A DNA stretch of 64,000 nt from Raillietiella orientalis (taxonomy: Eukaryota). The notes below the pieces were generated by a model. It did not search any database, was not told the DNA's origin, and was given only the letters and a program-made list of their open reading frames with translations. This document shows positions 23,706 through 37,553 of the stretch, piece after piece. Numbering within the stretch: the first letter of the stretch is position 1; every line of letters starts with the position of its first letter. The DNA is taken from the NCBI GenBank assembly GCA_036172245.1, contig JAYWIR010000040.1, positions 248,001 to 312,000 on the forward strand, in the 5' to 3' direction. The position numbers and the translations under genes are program-made.

Positions 23706-25820
23706 CGTAAAGCTTTCGACTGCGTCGACCAGGAACACCTTTTGGAGCTCCTGGAACGCATGGGTTTCCCGGCCGTGCTCCAGTCCTACCTGCGCTCCTG
23801 CTGGCGCAAAGCGTCAATAAATATTGGTTTCAGCGGCCGGCACGTGCACGGCGTGCCAGTGCGCCGCGGTATCCGGCAGGGTGACAGCCTGAGCCCCTTG
23901 CTCTTCAGCATCTACTTCGAGTTGGTGCTGAGGGCATACAGGGTAACTCTGGCAACCCTACCGAGATCGTGTGTCGGCACGCCTGCCGTGTTGGCCTATG
24001 CAGACGATCTTCTGCTGCTGCTTCCCGGGTCCACCTAGGCGAGTGCGCTCGAGGACTTCTTCGAGTTGCTGCGCCGCGGAACGGGCCTGGAGGTGAACAG
24101 GGCGAAGTCGTCCATGGTCTTTGTGGGTTCGGCGTGGGCTGGACGGTCGGACTGGATCCGCTTGGTGATCCCCACGGGCAGGTGCTTCAAGCACCTCGGC
24201 GTACCGTTGGGGGACTTCTGCGCAGCAGAAGCCTGGTCCGACCGTCTCCAAAAGGCAGCGTTGGCGATCGGTCCGTTCCAAGAAGGCAACTTCTACTTGC
24301 AGGAACGGGCCGCGGTGTGGAACGCGTTTGCGGCTCCCCTCCTTCGCCCCCTACTTTTTGTTTGCCCCGTTCCTTATTTTATTTGGAAACGAGCAGCGGG
24401 CCTCCTGAGGACAGTCCTTTGGGGCAAAGGGAGGTCCCGTGTGAGGATCAAAGACTTGTGCGCTCCACGTAAGGACGGTGGACTTGGCGTACTTACGTTG
24501 GAGCGCATGAAACTGCAGCTTGGTTTAAGGACTCTCGCCCTCGCGGCTGAATTGTGGGACACGCCTTGGTGCGTTCCAGCACGCCTCCTGGCCCAACAAA
24601 CCTGCGGAATCGGTGGACTTTTGTCGTTTCTGTCTGCGCGCGTCTGCAGAAGAGCATACTGTGGCTCTATGCTGCGACGCATCTTCGTTGCGGTTCGGGA
24701 GAACGCCTCGATCTCCTGCCACCCAGGGAACTACTCCGCCTGGTTGCACGAGTCAGTCTCCACCTGGGAAAAGATCCACGTTCCGGCGGGCACAAGGATC
24801 ACTTGTATGAAAAGGCACGCCCGCTGGACGCTGCAGGAGATCGTGCAGTCCCACGACAAGCTTCTGTGGGCCTTGATAATCCCCCTCGCCTCAGTGCTGC
24901 CCTTCCTTGTGGATGCCAGGGACAGTAGCGAGCAGGGGAAATGGACCGTGTCCTGCACTATAGGCGGCAGGACACAATCGATAAAGGCGTGGACATCTCG
25001 GCAGCTAGCTGACGCTGCGACGCCGAGTGTCCCGCTCAACGGAATTCGACGGTGGGGCGAGCTACTCGGACTATCTCCGGAGGAGATGAAGTGGCCCCCA
25101 GCGTCCTGGAACAGTGGATCCCTCCCCCTGAAATGGCAGGATGTGGCGTTGCTTGTGGTACTCTGGGGATTACCATTCAAAGCACGCCTGCACCACACCA
25201 CCCGGGGGGCTGTGGATCCCCAGTGCGACCGCTGCGGGGAAAAAGAGACCTTCCCCCACCTTCTCATTGAGTGCAGTGCCATCCGCCCTTTATGGGATCG
25301 CCTTACGGCGATCCTGGACTTCCGCGGATGCGGCCCCAAGGACGTTTTTAGGCGCCTCTTCTGTAGTGACGCCTTGTTCCCCCCCGCTTCTGTAGCAATC
25401 CTCTGCTGCATTCGAGGGATCGTGGCGGCTTGGAACCCCACCAGGAGAAGACGTCAGCCAACTGGCAACGCCTTACGATGGACTCGCATTTTCGCGCTCA
25501 GTGTCTGCAAGTGGAGCCACTTGGGCTCTGAAAGGACTCAGCTTGTCCGGATCGTGGATAGGATCTAGAGGACCTGCCCACGCGCAACGTAATCCCTTCC
25601 CTGCCCTCCCACCCCTAAAACATTTGTTCCCCCCCCCACATTTGAACTTTTTGTTTCTTTTTGTTTGTTATTTCTCATCCCCGCGCATCGCAAGGACCTC
25701 TCCGGCATGCAGCCGGTAACCAGCAAGCTGTTTTGGAGTGGTGAACCTTCGGGTTTGCCATGCGACATTTCTATGTAATTTTATTTCTAAGAAATAAATG
25801 CCCCGGAACATCCGGGTGTG
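23706..25820 (+). mobile_element. Family J, 3' half (RT from KAFD to 3' terminus)
   Basis: KAFDCVDQ, RQGDSLSP, YADD, CDRC..HLLIEC; AATAAA+hairpin 25793-25818. Confidence 0.9.
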
Positions 25821-28800
25821 AATCGCGACGGCGCGCGTCACCATGGATGACCGGAGGCTCATGCCTTCGCAGATCCTCCTCAATGACGTCGTCGTCTATC
25901 TCCGGTTTGCCGGGCAAACCCCCGCTTGCGGCAACTGCGGGAAGGAGGGCCACCGTCCGCGGAAGTGCCCAACACGCAGTTGCCGATACTGTAAGCTGCT
26001 CGGCCACTCGATTAACGAGTGCGCCGAGCTAAAACGAAAGAGGAGGACGAGAAACCTCCTTACAACATCGCGGTCCGTGCCGACTCCATCCGCCCCGTCG
26101 TCGGGGAACTAATCCGGCGCGAACGAGGTTCCGTAGGGGACAAGCACAAAGTCCGATTGCGGGGGCGTGTCTGGGAGCAATGCTCCTCAAAAGCCCTCGC
26201 AAAAGGACAAAAAGCTTCTCCAAGCTGCTAAAAAGGAGCCCCGAGCAAAGTAGTCTGGAAAAAACCTCGGGTAGACTGCAACACCGCCGCTTCCGTTTGC
26301 TCTCGCTCGGGAACGAAATAGCGGTGGCACGCCCGGGAATTCCACCGGAGCGTCGCAAAAGCGGTCGCGCGCACCTTTGCCCGCGACAGGCAAGACGGCC
26401 TAGGCGGGCTGAACGCCAGAAAAGGCTGAAAAGCCTCGCGCGACCCCCGAGAATCCCGCCACTCTGCCCGCACCTTCCGGTAAGGAGGTGCAGAAGGCAG
26501 ACGTGGCCAAGGAGACACTGGCCTCCGTCGCCGTATCCGAGGCCTTGGAAAGGATGCGAAGGACCCTGGAAGCCCTCGCGCCCAACCGGGGCAAACAGGA
26601 AGGCGGCGAGGATGGCTGGACCTTCGTCGGGGGGAAGAAGGAGCGCAAACCGCGCGATCCTTCCCACTTCCCGATCAAAAAGGTAGGCGCGGTGAAGAGG
26701 CAGCCCCGCGCGCCAAAGAAGGCGCAAGGAAAAGCCTCTACTGCCGCCGCGCGCGCCGTCGCAAACACCCGCGGCGAGAGGAGAGCTGCCGAAGCCGTCA
26801 CCCCGAAAGGGGGATCTGCGACGAAGGCACCCTCTAAGAGTGCTGTACCAGTTCCGGGCTGCCAGCAAAAAAAGAGGCAGGCGAAACGCCCGCCGCGCGC
26901 GCGGAATTCGGACTCCGAGGTGGAGCACGAGGGCAGCGCTAAGGCTCGCCAAGCCCCGGTCAAGGCCAGGGCTGCGCGCAAGCCAAAACTTGCCAGGCAA
27001 GAGCCTGATGCCGGGAACGGTTTCCGATGCTCCTCGGAGCCCGAGGCAATGGTCCTCGACTCCACCGAGCCGGCCGCGAGCGGCGCGGCGGGGACAGGAA
27101 GCGCTTGTGCTTCCTCATCCGCCGTGCTCCCGGCTGATGCCTCGCCGGACGGGGCGAGGAACGCACCTCCATGTCCGTAGCAGCAATGCGCGGTCTCGCT
27201 TCTTCCCGTCGCGTCCGAGTGGCCTGCTGGAACGTCAACGGGCTGCAAAACAACGCGAAGAGGCGATTGGTTGCCAACGTCTTGCGCGACTTCGATCTGG
27301 CCCTGCTGCAGGAGATTCATGCACTCTCCGAGCAGCAAGCGGCCGATCTGCAAGCTCGCGCAGGCGGGACGCTCCATTGGAAGTCAGGCTCCCAGAATAC
27401 CTGCGGAGTCGCATTCCTTTTTCGGGGCAGGGTGGCGGGAGCGGTGCGGAACGTTTGTTTCGACGAGGGAGTTCGTGTGGGCCAACTTGTTCTCAAGTGG
27501 TCCGAATCGATCAACCTTGTCGTCACGAACGTGTACGCGCCGAGCGGCTCCGCGCGTCACACCGAGAAACTGGAGTTTTTCGAGAGACTGCGCGACCGCT
27601 GGCTCAGCAACTCCGGCCCCGACGTGGCTCACCTCGTAGCCGGGGACTTCAACGTCCACGCGTTATCGGAGGAGTCTCACCGTCGCCGGGAGAAACGGCT
27701 GGTGAACGAGGTGTGCGCGTCGGTGCACGCCTCGAATTTGCTGGCCGACGATCCCGGAATGCGTGCTTTGCCGGACCATGTGTTCCTCGACGATCACCTG
27801 TATTGTCGAGTGGGTCGAAGAGGTCCCGTGCCGTCCGAACTTTCCGACCACTACAGGCTGGAGTTTGAGCTAGTCCCGCCTGGCAAGGGCCCTCCGACGC
27901 ACGTCTGGAGGTTGCCGGCCGACTGGTTGAGAAATCCGGTGGCTGCGGAGCACCTCCGCCAGCATCTCCGTTCCTTTGCCGTTCGAGAGCTCGTGGACTG
28001 GGACGATCTGAAAAGATCGGTTTGCGAGTTCTGCAGCCGGTTCCCCTTGCGCCTGCTTCCCCGTGGCTTCGGGGAAGGCGTGGCCAACAGCAGAGAGTTT
28101 CTGCAGGCCCGCCAATTCTTTCGATGCCCGGACGTCCGGTACCTTGCGGAGTACAAGGCCAAGGCCGAGCGCCAGGTCTGGCAGTCAGGAGCAGCTTGTC
28201 AGCTCGACGACCAGGGCTTGGAGTGCTCGGGCGCGGCCGAAGTTCGCCGCCTCCTAAAGCGCTATTACTCCTTGTTGTACGCTAGGGAGCCGACGGAACG
28301 CAGTCTCTCGGAGCTGCTTCTGCCGGCGGATTCCCCGGCGGTCGACGAGGAGGAACGCGCCACTCTTGACTTGCCCTTCACGGCGGAAGAAGTGTCTTCC
28401 GCCATAGCGGGCCTCAAGAAGCGCAAGGCGCCAGGTGAGGATGGTCTGCCTGCGGAGTTCTTCCAGTGCTTCGCGGCGGAACTCATCCCCCTGGTGCTGA
28501 GGCTTTCTGCGCTGATGCGAGAGACGGGCAATGTCCCGGCCTCGTTTCGCTCAGCAAGGGTGCGTCTGTTGCCGAAAGGCGGAGACATGCGCCATTTAAA
28601 CAACTGGCGTCCCATCACCTTGGTGAATGCGGACGTCAAGTTGTTCTCCAGGCTGTGGGTCGTGCGCCTGGGCAGGATCGCTGGATCCGTGGTAAGTCCG
28701 GAGCAGTCTTACGCTGTTCCCGGGCGGTCCATGGAGGCGAACCTGTTCTTCGCGCGCACGTGGCTCGAGCTGCAACGCTGCGTGGCGCACGACAGCCAGG

Positions 28801-30973
28801 CAACCGCGTCTGTGGCTGCCGAGGCTAGGCGTCGCTGCATTCGGCCTGGGGAAGCGCCGGGTGCCTTGGCGGTCGCGGTCGATCTCCGCAAGGCGTTCGA
28901 TTGCGTAAATCAGGATCTCCTGCTGGAGCTCCTGGAACGCCTCGGTCTCCCGGTGCACCTCGTGACCTATTTGCGCGCTCGCTGGCGCCACGCGCTCATT
29001 TCCATCTCTTTTAGCGGCTGCCACGTGTACGGCGTGCCGGTGCGGCAAGGCATCAGGCAGGGCGACAGTTTAAGCCCGTTGCTCTTCAGAATCTTCTTTG
29101 AGCTGGTGCTGAGGGCGTACAGGCTGACGCTGGCCAACCTGCCGAGCCTTTGTCCAGGAACGCCGTTCGTGGCGGCCAATGCTGACGACCTGCTTCTCCT
29201 CTTACCCATGACCACCCGGGCGTCCAGTCTCGAGAATTTCTTCGAGCTGATTCGCCGTAGAGCATGCATGAGCGTAAACAGGAGCAAGAGGGTGGTCGTA
29301 CCCATTGGTGCGGCGTGAGAGGGGTAGTCCGACTGGATCCGCCTGGGGATCCCGACCGCTTCGTCCACCCAATATCTGGGCGTTCCGCTGTGGAACAACA
29401 GCCTAGTGGAAGTGTGGTCGGACTGCCTTCGGAAGGCTACGAGTGCTCTGAGCCCGTTCGAGCATGGAAGGTTCCTACTGTCGGAACGGGCCGCGATATG
29501 GAACACCTCCGTTGCCCCCTCTTGCGCCCCCTGTTTTTTGTTTGCCCGACCCCCTACTCGGCGAAGCTCCAGGCGCACAGACTGTTGAGGAACGCTCTCT
29601 GGGGTCCTGCGCGGTCCAGGATCCTCCTGAAAGACTTAGGCTCCGCGTCGGAATGCTGGCTTAGGCATCCTGACGCTGGAGAGAATCGAGCTGCAGGTGC
29701 AGCTTCGGATGTTGGCCTTGTGCGCCAACCTTTGGTCCACTCCGTGGTACGCTCCTGCGGGCTTGCTCCTACGGCGCTGCACCGGAAGCGACGGACTTCT
29801 GTCGCTGCGTCCGCACACGGAGCTCCCCACGACAAGTTTCGATTTCCCCTTGAAACCCCTATACCTGCTCCTGGCAGCCCAGGAATGGATCTCCTGCCTC
29901 CCAGCGAACTTTCAAGCCTGGCGGCAGGAACCGTTGTATGGCTGGGCAAAGCGCCAGCATGTTTCCCTCCTGCAACTCCGTTGCGTTAACCTCTCCCCGT
30001 ACTGCACGGTGGAAGAGGTCTGCAGCAGCCAGGAGAAGTGGACCGGCCTGGCACTCACCCCCTTCGCCGACGCACTGTCAGCCCTCAGGGCAAGATATGA
30101 CAGCTGCGAACCGGCGAGATGGGAGGTCGCCTGCACCATTGCAGGAACAACACGACCTATTGGCGGCTGGAGGACTTGCGAGCTGGCAGACGCCGCCACG
30201 CCTCGCCACATCTCGAAGGGACTCCTTCGGTGGAGCGAACACTTGAGTGTGCCCCCCGAAGAACTTGTGGTCCCTGCCTCCTGTTTGAACACTTCTGTGT
30301 TCCCCCTTTCGTGTAAGCAGGACGTCATCATGCTGGTGCATTGGGGTTTTCACTCCAACCAGCGAACGAACCGTGTTTCCGGGGGAGATGTCTCCCCAAA
30401 CTGTAAGCGGTGCGGGGAAGTGGAAACGCTCCTGCACCTGCTTTTGGACTGCGGTGCCCTCCAAGGACTTTGGCGGAGGCTGGCCTCAGCTCTTCGGCTC
30501 CAGGGGGACGCCGCGAGGGACTTGATGCGCCGCTTCTTTACGCCAGGCGGCCTGTCTTTGGGTGCTATCGTTGCAACCGTGTGTTGCACCCGCGCCATCG
30601 ACAAGGCCCACCGAGAGCTGGAGAAGCTGGCCATCGTTCGTCAGCCCACCGGATTAGCCAGCGCAAGCATGTCGTCGGCTGCCGAGTGGGCCCATGTTCC
30701 ACAGGACGTAAGGAGAGAGATCGCCGCATCCATCGCCTGTTTTGAAAGGAAGGAACGGACTCACCAAAGACCCCTGTCCCCTGCCCTCCATATTTTTTAT
30801 TTTTATTTTTTATAGTAGTGTATTTGTGGTCCCCTCCCTCCCGTTCCGCACTTTCAGCATACCGACCTGCGTGTCGGATATCCCATCCCCTTCGTTTCTT
30901 TTTTTCCCCTTTGTCCGGGAACTCTGTTCCCGGATAGTTTGTAATAGATGCCCCGGCGCACCCGGGTGACAAA
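25821..30973 (+). mobile_element. Family K (A-like): partial ORF1, ORF2 27186-~30815, 3' terminus
   Basis: CGNCGKEGHRPRKC knuckle; 715-aa EN-RT frame 27171-29318 with NADD instead of YADD; AATAGA+hairpin 30943-30968. Confidence 0.9.
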
Positions 30974-33005
30974 CAAACAGGCGACCTCCCGCGATCGTTT
31001 CGATCTCCTGGACGTCTGCCGCGGTGATCACGTGGATCTCCTGCAACAGGGTCAGGTCGAACTCCCGCAGGGTGTCGGCTGTATCTCGCCTGTTACCGTC
31101 GTCGCGCAGCCCGTTGACATTCCAACAGGCCGCGCGAATCCGACGGCGACTGGCGAGCCCAGGTGTTACTCCTGGGAAGATGGCGATGAGGCGTCCGCCA
31201 CCTGCTTGGGCAAGACGCTAGGTGGAGGAGGAGGGTCAGGTGCTGAAGGCACCTCGTCCCCCTCCTCCATAGGTAACGGCGCGTCGAGCGGATCACCCAC
31301 AGGTGGTGTCGCCTACCTGTTCGCCCTCCTCCACGTGGGCGGGCTGTTCAGGCTCGGCGACTGCAGGAAGGACTTCGCCCCCCTGCTCACCCTCCTTCAT
31401 AAAGGTGGCTGGCTCGACGGCTTCCGAGCGTGGGAGTTCCCCCTCTGGGATTCCCACGCTAGCGCTACCTTCCTGCTTCTCCTCCTCGCTGGTGGAAGGG
31501 AGGCGCCTCCTGGGTTTCTGGGACTTGCGTCCCGACTTCCTAAAGGGTGCCTCCGAGGAGGAGGATGTTCTTCCGGCCCCCAGGTCCAACTCACCTGTGG
31601 GGGTCTTTTTCGCGGGAGCCGGCCTTCGTACGGCCTTTCGCGAGGGGTTCTCACGCTCGGTCAGCGTGGCCGCGAGCTCCTACGCCGCCTGCGCAAACGC
31701 GGCGTCCTAGGCTTCGACCGTCGCTATTTCACGCGGCTCACCCTCTGTGTAAACAGAGGGTTCGTCGTCGCAAACCTCGAGCGCGGCGGAAACGGCGAGG
31801 GGAGCCTTGTCGCACCGGGTGGTAGCCTCGGGAACGACCATTCGTTCCAGTGCCACCGTGCACTCGCGCAGAGTTTTTGAGCGCGGACCGGGTTTTTTCG
31901 ATTTACCCGCCGGCCTATGCTCTTTCTTCTCAGCGGATGGTCTTTTCTTAGCCTTTCTGGCGGCAACAAGCTGCCAGCCCTTTTCTCCTTCCATTACTTC
32001 GGAAGATTTATCCTCCGGCTTTTGCGCTGGAAGTTGAGGTTCTGGCAGCTTCTGCCGGACACTTTCCACTTTAGGTCTTGCGACCTTCAAGGCACGTTTC
32101 CCCTGCGCTTTTTTGGCGGCAGGGGGAACCGGAGTGGGGCGCTTGGGGCACAGACGCCTAACTTGGCCCTTCTCCCCGCACAGGTGGCACTGGATGTTAG
32201 GACACCTCCTACGGAGGTGTCCCACGGCATCACAGTACCCGCAGTATCGTGGTTTCCACACGTACGAAAGGTCCACGCTCTCTTGCGCGACCTTCAGTTT
32301 GTGGGGAAGTCCGCAATTCTTTTTGACGGTGACCCGCGCTGCAGCCTGACCACCAAAAAGGCTACCGTAGCCGTTAAAAATGGTGGGTTTGGGCCACAGT
32401 GCGTGCACCTCCCCGAACTTTCGTAGTTCTTCTCCGACCGCAGAGCGAGTCATGCGGCTGCTAATGCCGGTAATGTGGACCACCACGGAGCGGTCCATTG
32501 ATATCGGCAGGATCTCGCGGCCGTCCACGTTCAGCGGTGCATGAATCAGGCGGTAAGCCAAGGTGACGTCTTTGCACACCACCTCGACCCGCTGCCCGCC
32601 GCTGAGGACAGAGAGGCCGTCAAGATCCTTTTCTAATATATTCGCCTCCTGCAGCGCCCTGCTAAATGCGCGTGCAGTCCTGCCGTCAAACAAGTTGCCT
32701 ACCTGGTAGACAAGCGATGGCTTGTACCCGGAGGCCTTGTATGCGGCCATCTCCGCCATGGCTTCCGCGCTGGGCGGCCACCATAACACTCCATGTCCTC
32801 GGCGTGGCCGGGGATGATTCCGGGGCGGCAGCCCCTGCTCCAGTAGGCTGTGGGGGCAAACTAGCCTCCCCACGCCTACCTCCATCGCGGTGTCCTCCGA
32901 CATCGTGGCCATTGGACACCGACGATGTACATAAAACACTACACACAAGAAAAAGCGCTTTCCTACTACTCTTTGAGGAGTGAAGGAAAAACACGTCCTC
33001 TAACT
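30974..33005 (-). mobile_element. Family C, second 5' part (5' UTR, ORF1, endonuclease up to GGRL)
   Basis: Close paralog of 20240-22270; starts AGTTAGAGGACGTGTTTTT. Confidence 0.92.
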
Positions 33006-34352
33006 GGCCTTGGGGGCGGCCGGCTGCAACGAGGCAGCGAGTTCCTCCGCGGCGCGCTCGAAGGCGACGTCATCGAGCCTACGCTCGATGACAAACGCCG
33101 CCGCCTCGCTCCCCTCCTCGTTGACTTTGTCAATGGAGGGTTGAGCAGGGGCAGCAGCGAGTTCTTTAGCGCCGCATTCGTCGATGGCGAAAATCCGCTC
33201 TACGACGACGCAGCAGCTTTTTGTTTTTTGGCGGCGCGGAGCGGTTTCGCTCCGTTTCGCGATTTTTTGTGCCTGTATGGCACTTTTCTTTTTAGAGTTG
33301 ACCTCCTACCAACCAGACTCTTGGCTGACGTCCTCAACCTCTTCGACGTTTTTAGCCGTGGTCTCGGGGCTGGCCTTCGCCTCGGTGGCGGAGGTTATCT
33401 CTTAAGCTGCAGCTCGCGTTGCCAGCTTCTTTCTTTTCTTCGCCGCGCGCTTCCTTGGGTGTTTTGCGGACACGACGCGGACTGAGTTTTGGGGGCACAC
33501 CAGACGGGTGTGCCCAGCTTGTTGGCACTGCTGGCACTGCACGCTCGGACACCTCATTTTAAGGTGACCAAAGCTGCTGCAGCAGCCGCAGAACTTGTGT
33601 TTCCCCACGTACCAAACGTCAACGGATTCACTGTTGACGGTGAGTTTGTGGGGAAACTCACACCCTTCGCGAACCGTCACTCGCGCTGCACCCAGGCCGC
33701 AAAGCACCCCGTCGTAATCAACAAAAGTAGTAGGCTTTCCCCACAGCGCGTGGACAGTTGCAAATTTTTCTAGTTCGTTCCGGACGGTTTTTTTCGTCAT
33801 CCGGAACGTAATACCGGTCAGGTGAATGATCACCGACCGGTCTTCTGTAATTGGGAGAAGCTCTGGCTGCCCATAATTACCGGGGTTCGCAAAAGTCTCT
33901 GCGCAAGAGTTGCCTCCTTGCAGATAACTTCCACAAATTGACCCCCGATTCTGACGGACATAGCCAGAAGCTCCTCCTTTTGTACGCTGAGAACGCGTAT
34001 CGCCTGCAAGAAGGCGCGCGCGTTCACGGGAGAATGTAGACCGCCTACCTTGTATAGGAGGGGTGGGTTATACCCCTCTTCCAGGTAGGCGCGCATCTCC
34101 GCCGTAACCGCTGGCGTAGGTGCCGCAGCCACGGCGTTCCAAGTCCTGGGTAGGGCCGGGCGCGCATCCGTGCTGGCGGGAGCGCCCACTGATGCGTAAG
34201 CCCCCACCTCCATTCCCTCCGGGGGCAATGGGGTCATCGCCCCCGGATCCTCACCGGTGGTGGTATCAGGCATTGCTGCCTAATCCTCCACTCACACCAC
34301 CCAAAAGCACCAACGCAAACCAAACTCAGGGGCAGCGAAAAGACACGTCCAT
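33006..34352 (-). mobile_element. Family F, 5' part (5' UTR and ORF1 up to QPAAPKA)
   Basis: ORF1 MPDTTTGEDPGAM.. nearly the same as 37554-38820; 5' motif ggacgtgtctttt at ~34350-34338. Confidence 0.9.
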
Positions 34353-37300
34353 ACGACGCTCCAGAGTCTTCCGGATTGGGACCTATTTGAGGACTCGGTC
34401 CGGGAGTTCTGCGAGCAGTTTCCTATGGAACGTCTGCCCCGGGGATTTGGCGTACGGGCTTGGAACGAACGCGCGTATTTGCACGCGCGTCGTCACGAGA
34501 GGAATCCCAATGTCCGTCGCCTGTCCGAATACCGCGCCGGAGCCGAGCGGCAAACCTGGCAATCCGGGTCAGCGAGCATGCTGGATGACTTGGCCGGGAA
34601 CGTTCGTCCCCGACTGCGGTACGGAATCTCGTGCGGTGTTTTTATTCCTCCCTATACGCCAAAACACCACCCGAACAAGACGCCTCAAGGCGATTGCTCA
34701 TGAGTAGTTCCGTAGCAATAGGGGAGGAGGAGAGAGAAAGCTTCGATGAGCATTTCACGACCGGTGAAATTCTCGCCAGTATCAAAAGGCTCAAGAGACG
34801 TAAGGCGCCAGGGGAGGACGGCTTGCCCGCGGAGTTCTTTCAGAGTTTCCCGGAAGAGCTGGCCTTCCTGGTGCTCGAGTTGAAAAGGCGAATCCGAGAC
34901 GAAGGCGATGTTCCCGCCTCGTTTCGGTCAGCCAGGGTGAGGCTCCTCCCGAAGGGAGGAGACCTCAGGAAACTTAGCAACTGGCGTCCGATGATGATTG
35001 TAAACACGGACGCCAAGTTGATCACCGGGCTGGGGGCGTCGCGATTAAGACAGGTGTCCAATTCCATAATTAGCCCGGAACAGACTTACGCTGTTCCCTT
35101 GCGAAGTATGGAGGACAACCTCTTCTTCGCGAGCACATGGATGCACGCGCAGCGGAGTAGGAAAGAAGGCAACGGGAAACTTTGCAACCCCACTTTGAGG
35201 CCGCCAGTGCGACAGGGTAGGGACACCCATGCGGGAAAATGGGGCCTTAGCGATCGCAGTCGACCCCCATAAGGCGTTCGACTGTGTTGACCAGGAACTC
35301 CTCTTGGAGCTCCTGGGCTGCATGGGCTTCCCACCCTCCTTGATTACCTACCTGCACTCTTGCTGGCGGAACGCGATAATCTCGATTACTTTCAGTGGTC
35401 AAAAGGTGTATGGCGTGCCAATGCGGCGGGGCATAATGCAGTGCAACAGCCTGATCCCCCTGCTCTTTAGCATCTACGCTGAGTTGGTGCTGAGAGCGTA
35501 CAGGGTGACTTGTGCCCCCTTGCCGAGCTCGTGCCCCGGAATGCACGCCGTAGCGGCGTATGCCGACGATCTTCTGCTCCTCTTACGTATGTCCACCCCG
35601 GCGAAGGCGGTTGGAGATTTCTTCGACATGCTTAGCCGTGGGGCCGGATTATAGGTTAACAGGGCGAAATCGTTGGTGGTGCCAGTTGTAGCGGCGTGGA
35701 AAGGGCAGCAGGACTGGGTCCGTCTGGGGATCCCAACAGTGAGGTGCATCAAGTACCTTGGTGTGCCGTTGGGGGACTTCTTCCCTGCGGAAGCGTGCTT
35801 GAGCTGCCTCCAAAAAGTCAAGACTGAAATCGGTCCCTTCCTGGAAGGCAAGTTTTACTTGCCGGAACGGGCCGCGGTTTGGAACGCCTTCGCGGCCCCC
35901 ATCCTCTGCCCCTTGCTATTTGTTTGCCCCGCCCCCGTGGAATCTAACAACCGGACGAAGGACCTCCTCCGCATAGCCCTTTGGGGCAAGGGGAGGCCCC
36001 GAGTCCCTCTGAAGGACTTGTGCGCTCCGCGTCGTGACGGCGGTCTCAGCCTTTTGACGCTGGAGCGCGTGGAATTCCAGCTGCGATTGCGAACCCTCGC
36101 CATCGCAGCGAAGATGTGGAGCACCTCTTGGTGCATTCTAGCCCGCCTCCTGGCCAGGAGTGTGTCCCGATGCGAAGGACTCGCGTCTTTCCTTCTGTGC
36201 CCCGGCCGGAAGTTCAGGAGATGCGGCCTTCTCCTTGGACGCTTGGAAGCCCTGGTGAGGGAAAACGGCTGGACGATATGCAGCCCCGCCAAGTCCTCCG
36301 CCTGGCTGGAGGAATCCGTTGCGGCGTGGGCCAAGCTGAACAACCCAGGTTCTGAAAATTGGAACCGCTTGCGATTGGGCACCAACGCTTGCTGCACCCT
36401 ACGGCGCACTCTGGAGTGTCCCGCCAGAAGCACGTGGGCGGAGACCACCCCTTTAGCTTCGACGCTGCCCTTCCTACGTAGGGCACTGACCAGCGGCCGG
36501 ACGCCAGAGTGGCAAGTCTACTGCCGAATCGCAGGAAAGGAAAAAAAGATGATCGGCTGGACCTTGGGAGAACTGGCAGACGCCACGACCCCTAGTGCCC
36601 TTCCGCGTGGACTTCTGAGATGGGGCGAGCTGCTCGGCATCCCGAAGGATGACCTGAAGTGGCCCCAAGTTCTTATCGGATCCAGGCTTCTTCCGTTAAA
36701 GTGGCAAGAGACGGCGCTGCTGCTGTCGCACTAAGGTCTACCCTGCAACGCGTGCCGCTTCTACTGGACGCGGGGAAGTGTAAGGTCTGAGTGTACCCGG
36801 TGTGGGGAGCGGAAATCGCTCCCCCACCTTACAGTTGACTGTGTTGCCCTCCGACTTCTATGGAAACGGTTTCGGGTGACCCTCGGGCTCCCGATGGGCA
36901 GCGCACCCAGAGACGTTTTTCAGCCCCTCTTCGTGCGGGACGCCCTGCATCCCGCCGCAGCTCTCGCAGCCTTCTGCTGCATCCGAGGCATCGTGGTGGC
37001 CTGGAGCGATGCCTGCGTCGGAGGAGTGGATGCCAACGAGAGGGAAGTCATCCCGTATGCTGTGAGCTTTATGCGAAGAGCTGTGAGATGGCCCCACCTG
37101 GGACAAATACAGAAGGACCTAGAGGGCATCCTGCGAAGCATATGCCCTCCTCCTAGTGGATAGTGATCCCTTCTTCCTCCAAACTCTTTTTGTTTTTTCC
37201 TTCATTTTATTTTCTGGTTGTTTTTCTCCCCCATCCCCCTCCACTGCCGGGGAGCGTCACGGCGGGCTGCGTCCCGGCGTCCCGGCAGGTCCGGTGTTGT

Positions 37301-37373
37301 GCGGCCGTAAGTGGGGCCTCGTACTACGTTTTTGTAAAGTTTCAATAAACGCCCCGAGCGTACCCTGATCGAA
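34353..37373 (+). mobile_element. Family H (C-like) ORF2 from EN-RT linker to 3' terminus, decayed
   Basis: KAPGEDGLPAEFF, HKAFD, YADD, CTRC..HLTVDC; AATAAA 37344-37349 + degenerate hairpin. Confidence 0.9.
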
Positions 37374-37472
37374 ACACCAAATTCCCGGGGCGGGCGGTGC
37401 ACGGGGAACTCCTCGCACAACTCCCGCACCGAGACTTTCATGCGGTCCCAGTCATGGAGATTCCGGAGCGTC
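37374..37472 (-). mobile_element. ~100-bp remnant of family G ORF2 linker (continuation of 43007-45611)
   Basis: TLRNLHDWDRMKVSVRELCEEFPVHR..FG; shares the target duplication with 43007. Confidence 0.8.
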
Positions 37473-37553
37473 GAGCGGACCTGTCTTTTCGTTGCTCCTG
37501 AGTTCCATTTCCGTTGGTGCTTGTGCGTGGTGTGGGTGGAGGATTAGGCAGAA

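Noticed and set aside
19963..34352. Simple segmental duplication of 20-23.7 kb at 31-34.3 kb
   Set aside because: Only the family C part is closely similar; the adjacent hosts are different families (D versus F), fitting independent insertions.
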